Position numbers and translations under genes: made by a program
Part shown: one piece after another, positions 10,303-19,724 of the stretch
How the letters are laid out: each line of letters begins with the position of its first letter
Position numbering within the stretch: the first letter of the stretch is position 1
Notes under the pieces: model-generated
Databases searched by the model: none
The model's input: the letters and a program-made list of their open reading frames with translations, nothing else
Told to the model about the DNA's origin: nothing
DNA from: Idiomarina loihiensis L2TR
Lineage (GTDB): Bacteria > Pseudomonadota > Gammaproteobacteria > Enterobacterales > Alteromonadaceae
DNA length: 32,000 bases
Assembly: GCF_000008465.1 (NCBI RefSeq)
Contig: NC_006512.1
Coordinates: 900,001 to 932,000, forward strand
Direction: 5' to 3'

Positions 10303-10854
10303 TCAAGAGTTTTTATCAGTCTCAACTTGAGGCTGACAATTATCAAGCCAGGCCGCCAATGAATCAGACAGAACGTCGTGTTGTTCCTTACCTACCCATT
10401 CGAGTCCAACCGCACCACTTTGGTTATCTATGGTTACCAACAAGCCGTCATCCTCGCTACCTAAACCAATAAAGACCGTTTCAGGCTGTTTCAAACGACG
10501 CTTCATTAAAATGTGACCAGTAATATTCTCTAATAAACGTTCACCGTCTTCTGCACTCTGCGTCTGTAGCAAACTAATTGTGTGCCCCTGATAATCAAGC
10601 GCAAGGTCTCCTGCATACCAGCGGCCAAACAAAGTTTTAATACTCTGATGGAAACTCATTTCCAGAGCACTCTCAAGATCATCAAAGTTTAACGCTTCGG
10701 GTTGCCGGCACGGCGTCCACTCAACCGTATTCTCATCAATCACAGTTCCGTAAATTGGGCTATTCCACTCTTCTACATACTCGGTATAGCGCACAGGAAC
10801 ATTTTCCTTATAGCGTGTCATTAGTGCATCTATTGATTCTTCTAACGTCTTCAT
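10303..10854 (-). CDS. syd: SecY-interacting protein Syd
   Basis: Taken from the ATG at 10854 (MKTLEESIDALMTRYKE..., 184 aa), it is collinear with E. coli Syd (181 aa; FGRWYAGDL.., LLQTQSAEDGERLLENITGHILMKRRLKQPETVFIG). It is divergent from queF, as in E. coli. The longer ORF-track start at 11013 overlaps queF and is rejected. Confidence 0.8.
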   Translation of the reverse strand: MKTLEESIDALMTRYKENVPVRYTEYVEEWNSPIYGTVIDENTVEWTPCRQPEALNFDDLESALEMSFHQSIKTLFGRWYAGDLALDYQGHTISLLQTQSAEDGERLLENITGHILMKRRLKQPETVFIGLGSEDDGLLVTIDNQSGAVGLEWVGKEQHDVLSDSLAAWLDNCQPQVETDKNS

Positions 10855-10913
10855 CTGGTACTTACACCTCAGAAAATTTACAATACGGCCATTGTACTTA
10901 CGGAGCGACTTAA

Positions 10914-11738
10914 ATGCCAAAGAAGGACGCACTAGACCATTTATCACTGGGTCAGCACACCGACTATCCGAATGAATATGACCCGAAGCAGCTGCAGCCA
11001 GTCCCCCGCTCACTGAATCGGGAACCTATAGGGCTTAAAGATAAGCTTCCTTTTTCGGGTGTTGATTTATGGACCGGTTATGAAATCTCCTGGTTAAATG
11101 CAAACGGACTCCCACAGGTTGCGGTGGGGTATTTTGCAGTGCCAGCTGAAAGCCCTAACCTGATCGAATCCAAATCCTTTAAGCTTTATTTAAACAGCTT
11201 CAATGACTCGCGTTTTGACACTTGGGAGTATGTGCAACAACTGATGGAAACCGATCTTTCCGCTTGTGCTGGAACGCCGGTTAAAGTCAAGCTGAAACAG
11301 TTATCCGAGCTGGAAGGTGAATCTGTGGCGACTTTCCCGGGTCATTGCATAGATGATCAGAACATCAGTATTTCGCATTACGACTATCAGCCATCACTGC
11401 TTGCTACAGAACAACATGAAACAGAAGAAGCACTGCACAGTCATCTGTTAAAATCGAACTGCCTGATAACCAATCAACCCGATTGGGGTTCGGTTTACAT
11501 TCATTATCAGGGGCCGAAGTTGGATCGCGCTGCGCTGCTGGCTTATCTGGTCTCATTCAGACGTCATAACGAATTCCACGAGCAATGCGTCGAGCGCATT
11601 TATCAGGACTTGAAAGCACTAGGAATGAAAAAGTTGACGGTTTATGCCCGTTACACACGTCGTGGCGGTCTGGACATAAATCCATTTCGTTCCGACTTCG
11701 AGCCAGCGCTGCAAATGCAACGCATGGCCCGACAATAA
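10914..11738 (+). CDS. queF: NADPH-dependent 7-cyano-7-deazaguanine (preQ0) reductase, two-domain type
   Basis: 274 aa, collinear with E. coli QueF ([62 protein letters not shown]). Confidence 0.93.
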   Translation: MPKKDALDHLSLGQHTDYPNEYDPKQLQPVPRSLNREPIGLKDKLPFSGVDLWTGYEISWLNANGLPQVAVGYFAVPAESPNLIESKSFKLYLNSFNDSRFDTWEYVQQLMETDLSACAGTPVKVKLKQLSELEGESVATFPGHCIDDQNISISHYDYQPSLLATEQHETEEALHSHLLKSNCLITNQPDWGSVYIHYQGPKLDRAALLAYLVSFRRHNEFHEQCVERIYQDLKALGMKKLTVYARYTRRGGLDINPFRSDFEPALQMQRMARQ

Positions 11739-11744
11739 CGGATT

Positions 11745-13550
11745 TTAAGCGTTAGGGTGCGGAATTTGTAACCATTGCAGAAAACGAGCTTTCTGTTCAG
11801 CCGTAGGCTCGTCTAATGGTTCAATTTTCGCATCGGTTGCAGGGGTTGGTTGCACCGTTAAGGTTTTCTTGTGCAACTGGTCGCGACGGAAGAATGTCAC
11901 TTCAATTGAATCACCCGCTTTATATTCAGCAAAAGCTTCTTTAAAGCGACCATCAACTACGGTGTGTCCGTCGTAAGCAACAATGACATCGCCCGGCGTA
12001 AAGCCCGCTTCCCAGGCGGGACTGCCCTTACTAACCCGGGTCAACTCCATACCACCGCTGGCTTCACTGGCACTCCAGCCAGCCCAAACTTTCTCAGCTT
12101 CGGATTCATCCTCGTCTTCTTTCTTGCCCTGCTCGTAAACCAGCTCTAAACCCACCTGCTTCAGCATGCTCTCAAACGGAATGTCTGCAACCGGACTTTC
12201 AACATTTTCTTGCCACCAGTCCTGCCAGGACTCACCGGTTAAATCTTTCAAAATAGTTAGCACGTCGGCTGAAGTGAAGCCCTGCTCGTCGGCATCGAAG
12301 CGCTGATACAACGCGTTATGCACGTCGCGGTAGCTAACTTTCCCATCGGTTGCTTTTAACAGCTCGCTGTCCAGCATCCAGGACACCAGAGCACCTTCCG
12401 AATAAATATTAACGGAATCGTTATGCGCCCGGTCTCCGTATTGATCAATCCAGGCTTCGAACGAGGCTTCTGCTACTGACATCACCTCCCGACCCGGTTT
12501 GGCTCTATAACGGTCGATACCCGTTGCCACTCGTTCAAAATATTCAGACGGCTCCATAATCCCTGCCTGTAATAGCAAGTGATTCTGGAAGTAGCTGGTG
12601 GAACCTTCCGCAATCCAGAACAAATCTGTGTAGTTTTCTTTTTGGTAATCGTATGGCACCAGCCCGTCCGGACGATAAGCCTTCACGTTCCATGTATGCA
12701 CAAACTCGTGTGACGCTGTGGACATAAACGACAGATAATCATCGCGACTGGCAAAGCTGTATCTGGGGCGCTGGATAATCGTCGAGTTTTTGTGCTCAGT
12801 CGCACCACCCGCGCCAGTCGTCGCGTGGATCATGAAAACATAACGCTCAAATGGATAACTGCTCCAAATCGAGTCACCGGTAGTCACCAACTTTTGTAAG
12901 TCTTCGACCGTTTTTTCAGCGTCGTAGTTACCCTCGCCCCAGAATACGACTTCATAATCGCGATCATCCTGAGTGAATTCATAGTGTTTGTTAATGCCCG
13001 TTTCTATGGGCGAATCAACTAAGACGTCCCAGTTTGCGGCAGAGAACTGGTGTGCCCCGTCTCTCTCCATACCGGAGTAACTCTTCCACTCGCCCGGGAC
13101 ATCCAGAGAAACGGACACCGGCTCATTACGCCAGGCGTCGGCATACATAAAGACAGCGGATGCATCTAAATAAGCATGAGTATCATCGATATGCCGACTG
13201 CGACGCCCAAGTTGATTGGCGTAAATTTCGTAGTCAACGGTTACTTCACCGCTGTCTTCAGGTAAGTAAACGCGCCAGGTGCTCTTATCGACCTTTTCCC
13301 AGCGAAGTTCTTCCCCGTTGCTCTGAGCATCAAAGTCACGGACGCCATTAGCGAGATTCAAAATGCGATAATAACCTGTTCTCCAGGCTGGCATTTTTAC
13401 ATCCAGAAACTTAGCGTCACTGGCCGGGAAGGTTATAGACACTTCGCCTTTGTGGTGCTCAGGTTGCGTTAAATCAATTTTATAATCGGTATTTGCCAAT
13501 ACAATGGAAGGTGCCAACATAACACCAACAGCTAATAAGCTCTTGCGCAC
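11745..13550 (-). CDS. Secreted M61 family (glycyl aminopeptidase-like) zinc metallopeptidase with a C-terminal PDZ domain
   Basis: 601 aa. N-terminal signal peptide (MRKSLLAVGVMLAPSIVLA), HEFVHTWN zinc motif, and a PDZ-like segment (GSPAWEAGFTPGDVIVAYDG). GTG start with a GGAG SD. Confidence 0.8.
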   Translation of the reverse strand: MRKSLLAVGVMLAPSIVLANTDYKIDLTQPEHHKGEVSITFPASDAKFLDVKMPAWRTGYYRILNLANGVRDFDAQSNGEELRWEKVDKSTWRVYLPEDSGEVTVDYEIYANQLGRRSRHIDDTHAYLDASAVFMYADAWRNEPVSVSLDVPGEWKSYSGMERDGAHQFSAANWDVLVDSPIETGINKHYEFTQDDRDYEVVFWGEGNYDAEKTVEDLQKLVTTGDSIWSSYPFERYVFMIHATTGAGGATEHKNSTIIQRPRYSFASRDDYLSFMSTASHEFVHTWNVKAYRPDGLVPYDYQKENYTDLFWIAEGSTSYFQNHLLLQAGIMEPSEYFERVATGIDRYRAKPGREVMSVAEASFEAWIDQYGDRAHNDSVNIYSEGALVSWMLDSELLKATDGKVSYRDVHNALYQRFDADEQGFTSADVLTILKDLTGESWQDWWQENVESPVADIPFESMLKQVGLELVYEQGKKEDEDESEAEKVWAGWSASEASGGMELTRVSKGSPAWEAGFTPGDVIVAYDGHTVVDGRFKEAFAEYKAGDSIEVTFFRRDQLHKKTLTVQPTPATDAKIEPLDEPTAEQKARFLQWLQIPHPNA

Positions 13551-13701
13551 AGTTTATCTCCGTTAGTTTCGCTTTATTTGTTAGTTAACTTGTTCAAAGA
13601 CTACCACAATTCACCAATAGAAAATAAATTCAGATAGGTTAGACTTTATGGGATTATTTTTCGTATTATGCGTATTGACTTCAACATTTGGTAGGTGAGC
13701 A

Positions 13702-15225
13702 TTGGCAATACCGGAAACACCGCAAGAGCAGGTTCAGCACCTTAGCAAGAAGCTACGACAGAGCATCCAGTCGCGTAAACAGATAGAAGACGACTATCTG
13801 CGCGATTCGCAACGTTACTCAAACTTTGTGAACGACCTTTGTCTGGCATTAAATGGTGTTGATAGTGAGTTAGACGGTTTACTGCATAAATTACGCGGTC
13901 ACCTGCAGCAAAATGCGTCCGCTGCGGTTCTAGAGCCCATGATGCAACAAGTGGGTGAGGTAATTTCTCAGCATACCGTTCGTATGCAAACGCTGCTGAA
14001 AGAAACCAACGAAAGTATCCAACTGGCATTACAGTCTATTAAGCCACGTGATAGCAGTGGCAGAAGCCAGCTACAAAAAATAGCAAATGAATTCGAGCAA
14101 CCAACAATGACGGTTTCTCATTATTTGCCATTAGTAAACCAATTACTGGCACTTTCCTACCAGCAGCAAGGTACTCAGACAGAAACCCAAGTAGCTCAAT
14201 ATCAAAGTCAATTGCTTGATTTACTCAGCGAAGTCGAATTTCTGGGAAATGCTGCTGACACCTTGCAGCAAGTAAAAGTAGCTTTACAAAAGCCGCAAAC
14301 TAACGAAACCTTGTTAGCTATAACCTTGAAGGTTATGCGGCTGGTGTTTAACAACATCAACGATGAACGCCGCTCAGCACAACTATTTCTGCAACAATTA
14401 AATGCTTCTTTAGAGTCTGTTCAAAGTGTATTAGGTAAAACCATAAGTCATTCTGCGGACTTTGCCGACCAGCGACTGCACCTGAACCAACAACTAAAAA
14501 GTGGCGTCTCCGAGATAAAAGCTTGTGTCACTGACGCGTATGAACTGAACGATTTAAAAGAATCGGTAGGTTTGCAGCTACACCGTTTAGGTGAAACTTT
14601 AAATCAGCACCTAAAGTTGCATGACGAAGAACGTCAAAGTTTCCATAGCAACACACAGGCCATGGAGCAGAAACTCCGTGAAACCGAAGAGCAGGTTTTA
14701 CATTACAAGCAGGAGCTGGCTAAACAAAAGTTCCGCAGCTTACAGGACAACCTGACCAAGCTGCCTAACCGCTCTGCTTTTGATGAGCGCTTAAACCTGG
14801 AATTCCAGCGTTGGGTCAACGATGAAACCCCGCTGAGTATAGCCATTATCGATGTTGATCATTTTAAGAATATTAATGATAGCTTCGGCCACATTGCCGG
14901 CGACAAGACCTTACAAGTTATCGCAGGTACTCTTAGCAAATCGTTACGAGAATCAGCTTTTGTTTGTCGCTATGGTGGCGAAGAGTTTGCTATCATATTC
15001 TGTTCTGATGGACAAAGTGCCTATCAACATATCGAGAATACGCGGGAGAAAGTGGCTAATATCCCGTTTAAATTTAAAACCGACGATATACGCATTACTA
15101 TTTCCGCGGGAATAGCCGAATTTAAATACAATGAAGATACACCGCTGGCGGTTTTTGAAAGAGCCGATAAGGCGCTCTATGAAGCAAAAAATAGCGGGCG
15201 CAACAAAGTCATCACAGCAAAATAG
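13702..15225 (+). CDS. Diguanylate cyclase: GGDEF domain (GGEEF active site) with an approximately 340-aa helical/coiled-coil N-terminal region
   Basis: The C-terminal approximately 165 aa carry [21 protein letters not shown] and [14 protein letters not shown]. The N-terminal region has no TM segment and is Gln/Leu-rich. The TTG start at 13702 is the most upstream candidate, and the exact start is uncertain. Confidence 0.85.
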   Translation: MAIPETPQEQVQHLSKKLRQSIQSRKQIEDDYLRDSQRYSNFVNDLCLALNGVDSELDGLLHKLRGHLQQNASAAVLEPMMQQVGEVISQHTVRMQTLLKETNESIQLALQSIKPRDSSGRSQLQKIANEFEQPTMTVSHYLPLVNQLLALSYQQQGTQTETQVAQYQSQLLDLLSEVEFLGNAADTLQQVKVALQKPQTNETLLAITLKVMRLVFNNINDERRSAQLFLQQLNASLESVQSVLGKTISHSADFADQRLHLNQQLKSGVSEIKACVTDAYELNDLKESVGLQLHRLGETLNQHLKLHDEERQSFHSNTQAMEQKLRETEEQVLHYKQELAKQKFRSLQDNLTKLPNRSAFDERLNLEFQRWVNDETPLSIAIIDVDHFKNINDSFGHIAGDKTLQVIAGTLSKSLRESAFVCRYGGEEFAIIFCSDGQSAYQHIENTREKVANIPFKFKTDDIRITISAGIAEFKYNEDTPLAVFERADKALYEAKNSGRNKVITAK

Positions 15226-15257
15226 AAACCAACGCTGAGGATCACCGCCGGCACAAG

Positions 15258-15274
15258 GATGACGCCGAGTCATC
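15258..15274 (+). terminator. Short hairpin after the diguanylate cyclase gene; possible weak terminator
   Basis: GATGAC-GCCGA-GTCATC (6-bp stem, 5-nt loop) followed by GTTATTA. The T-tract is poor, so termination is probably partial at best. Confidence 0.25.
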
Positions 15275-15299
15275 GTTATTACAGGAGTATGGAAAAATA

Positions 15300-16655
15300 A
15301 TGAGAGCAAGCATTTCTCCAAGAGGCACTATGTCTCTTTTGTCACAACTGGAAATAGAACGTTTAAAGCAATCCTCAAACAGCCAACTTTATAAATTATT
15401 TCGCAACTGCTGTCTCGCGGTCCTAAATGCCGGAAGTAATACCGACAGCAGCGCTGAAATTTACGATAAGTATAAAGATTTCTCCGTTAATATTATCCGC
15501 AAAGAGCGCGGTATTAAAATTGAGTTGATTGAACCGCCGGCGGAAGCTTTTGTTGATGGCGAACTCATTGTCGGTATTCGTGAGTTACTGGAATCCGTAT
15601 TGCGCGATATTCTCTTTACCGGAGAGCGCTACTCAGAAGAAGAACTGAAAGACGCCGACAGCGCTACCCTAACCCACGTGGTGTTCGATATTTTACGCAA
15701 CGCCCGTACTATTCAGGCCATGCAAGAGCCCGATATGGTTGTTTGCTGGGGTGGTCACTCGATTAACGAAGCTGAGTATAAATACACTAAAGAAGTGGGT
15801 TATCAGTTGGGTTTGCGTGGCTTAAATATCTGTACCGGGTGTGGTCCGGGTGCCATGAAAGGCCCTATGAAAGGCGCGACCATTGGTCATGCTAAACAGC
15901 GTATTAGTGGTGGTCGTTACCTGGGCCTTACTGAGCCTGGCATTATCGCTGCCGAGCCACCTAATCCTATCGTTAACGAACTGGTTATTTTGCCCGATAT
16001 TGAAAAACGCCTGGAAGCTTTTGTTCGCTGTGCGCACGGCATCGTTATTTTCCCAGGTGGCGCGGGTACGGCTGAAGAACTGCTGTATCTTCTTGGCATA
16101 CTGATGCACCCGAAAAACCAACAACAAAGCTTACCAGTTATATTGACGGGCCCTGAAGCGTCTAAAGATTACTTTGATGCGCTGGATACCTTTATTGTCG
16201 AAACTCTGGGTGAAGAGGCTCGCGGCTTTTACCGTATTATTATTGCTGATCCATCAGGTGTTGCGCAGCACATGCACGCAGGCATGGCAGCCGTAAAACA
16301 ATACCGCCGTGATTCTGGTGACGCTTACTACTTTAACTGGACCTTGTTTATTGATGAAAACTTCCAACGCCCGTTCTACCCGACTCACGAAAATGTGGCG
16401 TCACTGAACCTGCACCCGGAACAGCCTAAAGAAGAGTTAGCAGCGGACTTACGCCGCGCATTCTCAGCTATTGTTGCCGGCAATGTGAAAGATGGTGGCA
16501 TTCGCCAAATTAGAGAAAAAGGCGTATTTACCATTCACGGTGAAAAAGAGTTAATGAAACGACTGGACGTATTGTTAAGAGCATTCGTCGAACAAGGGCG
16601 TATGAAATTACCAGGTTCGGTGTATCATCCTTGTTATAAGGTTGTTACTGACTGA
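15300..16655 (+). CDS. ppnN: Pyrimidine/purine nucleotide 5'-monophosphate nucleosidase PpnN (YgdH, LOG family)
   Basis: 451 aa, collinear with E. coli YgdH/PpnN over essentially its full length ([71 protein letters not shown]). Confidence 0.92.
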   Translation: MRASISPRGTMSLLSQLEIERLKQSSNSQLYKLFRNCCLAVLNAGSNTDSSAEIYDKYKDFSVNIIRKERGIKIELIEPPAEAFVDGELIVGIRELLESVLRDILFTGERYSEEELKDADSATLTHVVFDILRNARTIQAMQEPDMVVCWGGHSINEAEYKYTKEVGYQLGLRGLNICTGCGPGAMKGPMKGATIGHAKQRISGGRYLGLTEPGIIAAEPPNPIVNELVILPDIEKRLEAFVRCAHGIVIFPGGAGTAEELLYLLGILMHPKNQQQSLPVILTGPEASKDYFDALDTFIVETLGEEARGFYRIIIADPSGVAQHMHAGMAAVKQYRRDSGDAYYFNWTLFIDENFQRPFYPTHENVASLNLHPEQPKEELAADLRRAFSAIVAGNVKDGGIRQIREKGVFTIHGEKELMKRLDVLLRAFVEQGRMKLPGSVYHPCYKVVTD

Positions 16656-16662
16656 AGGATTT

Positions 16663-17049
16663 ATGAAAAATAAAGTCTTTGTCATACTCGCCATTGGCGC
16701 TGTTTCTTATCTAGCTATAGTAGGAGCAGTGCTGATGCTTTATCAGGCTGATCCTGCTGATTTACAGTGGCAGGAACGAGAGACCTACAACGCCAGACAA
16801 ATTGGTCAATTTGATCTGGGTATGTCAAAAGACAGTGTTATTCGAGTTTTAGGCTCACCAGACATAACTGAAGCGAAAGCGTCATCTGAAGGTGACATGC
16901 AAGTTCTGTTTTATCGAACTCATCACGTGACTTCTGACGGAATCACGACTAAAGATGAATGTACCCCTTTGGTTTTTCGCGATAATAAGCTTATCGCCTG
17001 GGGTAACGACTCTTATCGTGACTATCAGAATTATCAGAGGCGAGAATGA
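16663..17049 (+). CDS. Membrane-anchored BamE/SmpA_OmlA-like small protein; I recall it as DUF3192
   Basis: I prefer the ATG at 16663 (AAGGA SD, 7 nt after the ppnN stop). It has an N-terminal hydrophobic anchor (VFVILAIGAVSYLAIVGAVLML) with no lipobox Cys. GMSKDSVIRVLGSPD is a BamE-like motif. Confidence 0.6.
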   Translation: MKNKVFVILAIGAVSYLAIVGAVLMLYQADPADLQWQERETYNARQIGQFDLGMSKDSVIRVLGSPDITEAKASSEGDMQVLFYRTHHVTSDGITTKDECTPLVFRDNKLIAWGNDSYRDYQNYQRRE

Positions 17050-18569
17050 GAGAACTGACCGAGTGTTGTGAAAAAGCGGCAAGTTTACTAAAACAACACG
17101 ACGTTCGTCAGCTTTATCGTCTGGTTCAGTTTATTGATGAAGAATACCAGCAAAACCGCTGGCCTGAACTGCTTCCCCTTTACGCTCAGCAACATGCTCA
17201 GGACAATAATCAGCTAATAAGTGAGTTACTCGCGGTTTGTGTGAACGCGCTGCATTGCGGTTACCAATGGTCTTTGCACTCACATTATCGCCGAATTCTG
17301 GCCGCCGCTTGCGTCAGTGAAAAGCTCAACCCAGACCCGAACTACTGGAAGCAACTTCATTTAAGGCAGCCCCTGTGGCTTTCGGCTTTAGAGCCTCTAA
17401 CCCTAAAATCCGCTGATATTGTCTTTTTTCGCTACTGGGTTAACGCCTTAACTCAGGTTCAGCTGCAACGCTGTGAGCCTACTCAAGCTTTTTTCCCCTT
17501 ATTGAACAGCGAATTCCGCTATCGCTTCTGGACGCTTTTAAATCAGCAGAATGCGCTTCCGGTAAGACTCACTGGTCAAAAGTTTTCACATCACAAAAAC
17601 CAGCAGACCGCGGTACTTTTAGGTTATGAAGGAAAGCACCAAGTTCTGGCTCTATTACATAAGCTGGACAGCCCGTTTTATGTCAGCCCGGACGAAACAC
17701 AAAATTGGCAAGTTAACGACAAACCTCTGACACAGGAACAAATGAGCGCACTGGCTCAGCATCGGTTGCTAAAACAAGAGCAAACAAGCACAACACAACA
17801 AACGCCCAGACAACTGTTACGGGCAATAAACCGTTACGCCAATGCCAGTGGCGCCTTAAACGCAGTAATTCAGCAAATTAACCAACTGCCTTTTTTAGCC
17901 AGCAGCCTTCATGCCGCCGTGCATCAGAGCGAACGCATTGGCTACAGCGAAGCCAGCCGTATGGACTTGAAACAGTCTTATTTATGGCTAGGCTCTAAAC
18001 GAGCTTCAGTTATTCTTGCGACCGCTTTTTTACAACACCAATTTTCATTAAATACAATTCCTCTGCATAACGCATTGATGCAAAAGCTCGGCTTACTGAC
18101 CACAACGCTACAGCACTTATCGGCAGAAACCGGCGTTAGCCTGCCAACCCCGGCTCCGCTACTTGCCCTACTTTCAGGCTCCGATCTTTTTCGTCACCCA
18201 GAGCTGCTTAAATCAGCGAAGTGGCCCCGTCCGCGAGAAATAGAACACTGCTATAGCACAAGTTGGGTTGGCTCTGCACTGGATATCAGTGACTTTCGCC
18301 GCAGTCGACAATTAGTTAAGCGCTGGCAATTGCCTCCGGCTACCGAAAATTTATTAAACCCCGATAAAGCCGAGACCAGCAAATTAAGTGCACTATTTTT
18401 CTTAGCCCACTATTTAACGCTAAGCACTTATTATCCAGAGGTGTCGTTAAGCAGTTCAGTAAAATCGATGCTAAAGTCTTATTGTCAGCAACTGCAAATA
18501 AACAGTGAGCAACTGACCCGAATTAAAGCTAAATCGGCTTTTGAAAGTCACTGTTACTCACCGTTATAA
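17046..18569 (+). CDS. Hypothetical 507-aa cytoplasmic protein; the C-terminal half resembles a degenerate HDOD domain
   Basis: ATGA overlap with the upstream gene. The segments LNAVIQQINQLPFLASSLHAAVHQSE...LKQSYLWLGSKRASVILATAFLQ and RQLVKRWQLPPATENLL follow the HDOD pattern (xxDPxLxxxLLxxANSA ... AIxLLG ... WxLP). The usual His residues are absent. The N-terminal approximately 250 aa are unrecognised. Confidence 0.5.
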   Translation: MRELTECCEKAASLLKQHDVRQLYRLVQFIDEEYQQNRWPELLPLYAQQHAQDNNQLISELLAVCVNALHCGYQWSLHSHYRRILAAACVSEKLNPDPNYWKQLHLRQPLWLSALEPLTLKSADIVFFRYWVNALTQVQLQRCEPTQAFFPLLNSEFRYRFWTLLNQQNALPVRLTGQKFSHHKNQQTAVLLGYEGKHQVLALLHKLDSPFYVSPDETQNWQVNDKPLTQEQMSALAQHRLLKQEQTSTTQQTPRQLLRAINRYANASGALNAVIQQINQLPFLASSLHAAVHQSERIGYSEASRMDLKQSYLWLGSKRASVILATAFLQHQFSLNTIPLHNALMQKLGLLTTTLQHLSAETGVSLPTPAPLLALLSGSDLFRHPELLKSAKWPRPREIEHCYSTSWVGSALDISDFRRSRQLVKRWQLPPATENLLNPDKAETSKLSALFFLAHYLTLSTYYPEVSLSSSVKSMLKSYCQQLQINSEQLTRIKAKSAFESHCYSPL

Positions 18570-18620
18570 CCTATATTCACTGGCTGAATAATGCTTTGCT
18601 AGTCAGTATTAGCGCGGCAA

Positions 18621-18629
18621 TGGTAGAAT
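18621..18629 (+). promoter_or_regulatory. Candidate extended -10 promoter element upstream of the isocitrate dehydrogenase gene
   Basis: TGGTAGAAT (TGnTAnAAT) lies 46 nt upstream of the ATG at 18675. No good -35 at 17-bp spacing. Confidence 0.3.
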
Positions 18630-18674
18630 TACCGTTCCTGTTTTTGTTGTAACACGGTTTAAAGGAATCAATTC

Positions 18675-19679
18675 ATGAGTAGAACTATCACAGTTATTCC
18701 AGGTGACGGCATCGGCCCGGATATTGTCGAGTCTGCAACAGCCATTCTTGATAAAGCAGGTTGTGACTTTGAATATGAATACGTCGACGCTGGTCTGACT
18801 GCTTTGGAAAAAACCGGAGAGTTATTACCTCAAAATACTCTTGATGCGATTGAACGTAACGGTGTTACATTAAAAGGTCCACTGACTACTCCGGTTGGCG
18901 AAGGCTTCACCTCTATTAATGTCAGCCTGCGTAAACACTTTTCGCTATATGCTAACGTACGCCCTGTTTTGTCTTTTACCGGCACCCAAGCGCGCTACGA
19001 AAACATTGATATTATTACCATTCGTGAAAATACCGAAGGTATGTATTCCGGCTTAGGCCAAAAAGTGTCTGAAGACGGTAATGAAGCAGAAGCAGTCAGC
19101 AAAATTACCCGTGAAGGCGCTGAGCGGATTGTCCGTTTCGCCTATGAAACCGCACGCCGCGAAGGCCGTAAGAAAGTCACCGCAGTGCATAAAGCCAATA
19201 TTCTGAAGTCCACTTCTGGTCTATTCTTAAAAGTAGCGCGTGAAATTGCGGAAGAGTATCCGGACATTGAATCAACAGAAATGATTGTTGATGCGGCCTG
19301 CATGCGCTTAGTTATGAACCCTGAAGAGTTTGACGTTATTGTTACCACCAACCTGTTTGGCGATATCCTGTCAGACCTGTGCGCAGGTTTGGTCGGCGGC
19401 TTAGGTATGGCACCCGGCGCTAACATTGGTAAAGACTGCGCCATTTTCGAAGCTGTACACGGCTCAGCCCCGGATATTGCCGGTAAAAACCTGGCAAACC
19501 CAACCTCAGTTATCTTAGCGTCAATTCAGATGCTGGAATACTTGGGCATGCAAGAGCAAGCCGAAAAAATCACCAAAGCACTAGAAGACGTGATTTCCAG
19601 TGGTGACCGTACCACTCGTGATTTAGGCGGTTCGCACGGTACCACTGATTTTACTCAGGCAGTTATTGAGCGTCTTTAA
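18675..19679 (+). CDS. Isocitrate dehydrogenase, small (334 aa) NAD-dependent type of the isocitrate/isopropylmalate dehydrogenase family
   Basis: TVIPGDGIGPDI, SLRKHFSLYANVRP, IRENTEGMYSG and NLFGDILSDLCAGLVGGLGMAPGANIG are family hallmarks. Length and motifs resemble the IDH3/Thermus-like NAD-IDH and homoisocitrate dehydrogenase group. Cofactor and substrate are inferred, not proven. Confidence 0.75.
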   Translation: MSRTITVIPGDGIGPDIVESATAILDKAGCDFEYEYVDAGLTALEKTGELLPQNTLDAIERNGVTLKGPLTTPVGEGFTSINVSLRKHFSLYANVRPVLSFTGTQARYENIDIITIRENTEGMYSGLGQKVSEDGNEAEAVSKITREGAERIVRFAYETARREGRKKVTAVHKANILKSTSGLFLKVAREIAEEYPDIESTEMIVDAACMRLVMNPEEFDVIVTTNLFGDILSDLCAGLVGGLGMAPGANIGKDCAIFEAVHGSAPDIAGKNLANPTSVILASIQMLEYLGMQEQAEKITKALEDVISSGDRTTRDLGGSHGTTDFTQAVIERL

Positions 19680-19686
19680 GGCGAAA

Positions 19687-19717
19687 GGCATAGCCATGAA
19701 TGAACTCAGGCTATGCC
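19687..19717. terminator. Hairpin between the convergent idh and rlmM genes (candidate bidirectional terminator)
   Basis: GGCATAGCC (19687-19695) pairs with GGCTATGCC (19709-19717): a 9-bp perfect stem with a 13-nt loop. Flanking T/A runs are weak (AAAGG upstream, ATTAAA downstream). Confidence 0.55.
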
Positions 19718-19724
19718 ATTAAAG

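Noticed and set aside
10855-10913. Possible preQ1 riboswitch upstream of queF.
   Set aside because: The region is only 59 bp and is shared with the divergent syd promoter. It lacks the preQ1-I or preQ1-II consensus. The small TACAAT-ACGGCC-ATTGTA hairpin is more simply a -10-like element or chance.
10855-11013. The N-terminal extension of the syd ORF (ORF-track start at 11013), which would overlap queF by 100 nt.
   Set aside because: The extension ([22 protein letters not shown]...) has no counterpart in Syd. The ATG at 10854 gives a 184-aa protein collinear with E. coli Syd and leaves a normal 59-bp divergent promoter region.
13551-13701. Checked the AT-rich 151-bp divergent region between the M61 peptidase and the diguanylate cyclase for a c-di-GMP (GEMM) riboswitch or other structured leader.
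   Set aside because: No GEMM-like conserved helices or GNRA/receptor motifs are visible. The composition and length fit an ordinary divergent promoter region.
15289-15300. Mini-ORF ATG GAA AAA TAA overlapping the ppnN start codon (possible leader peptide).
   Set aside because: The AGGAG sits only 1 nt from this ATG, too close for initiation. The ORF is three codons with no regulatory amino-acid logic. The E. coli alignment supports the ATG at 15300 as the ppnN start.
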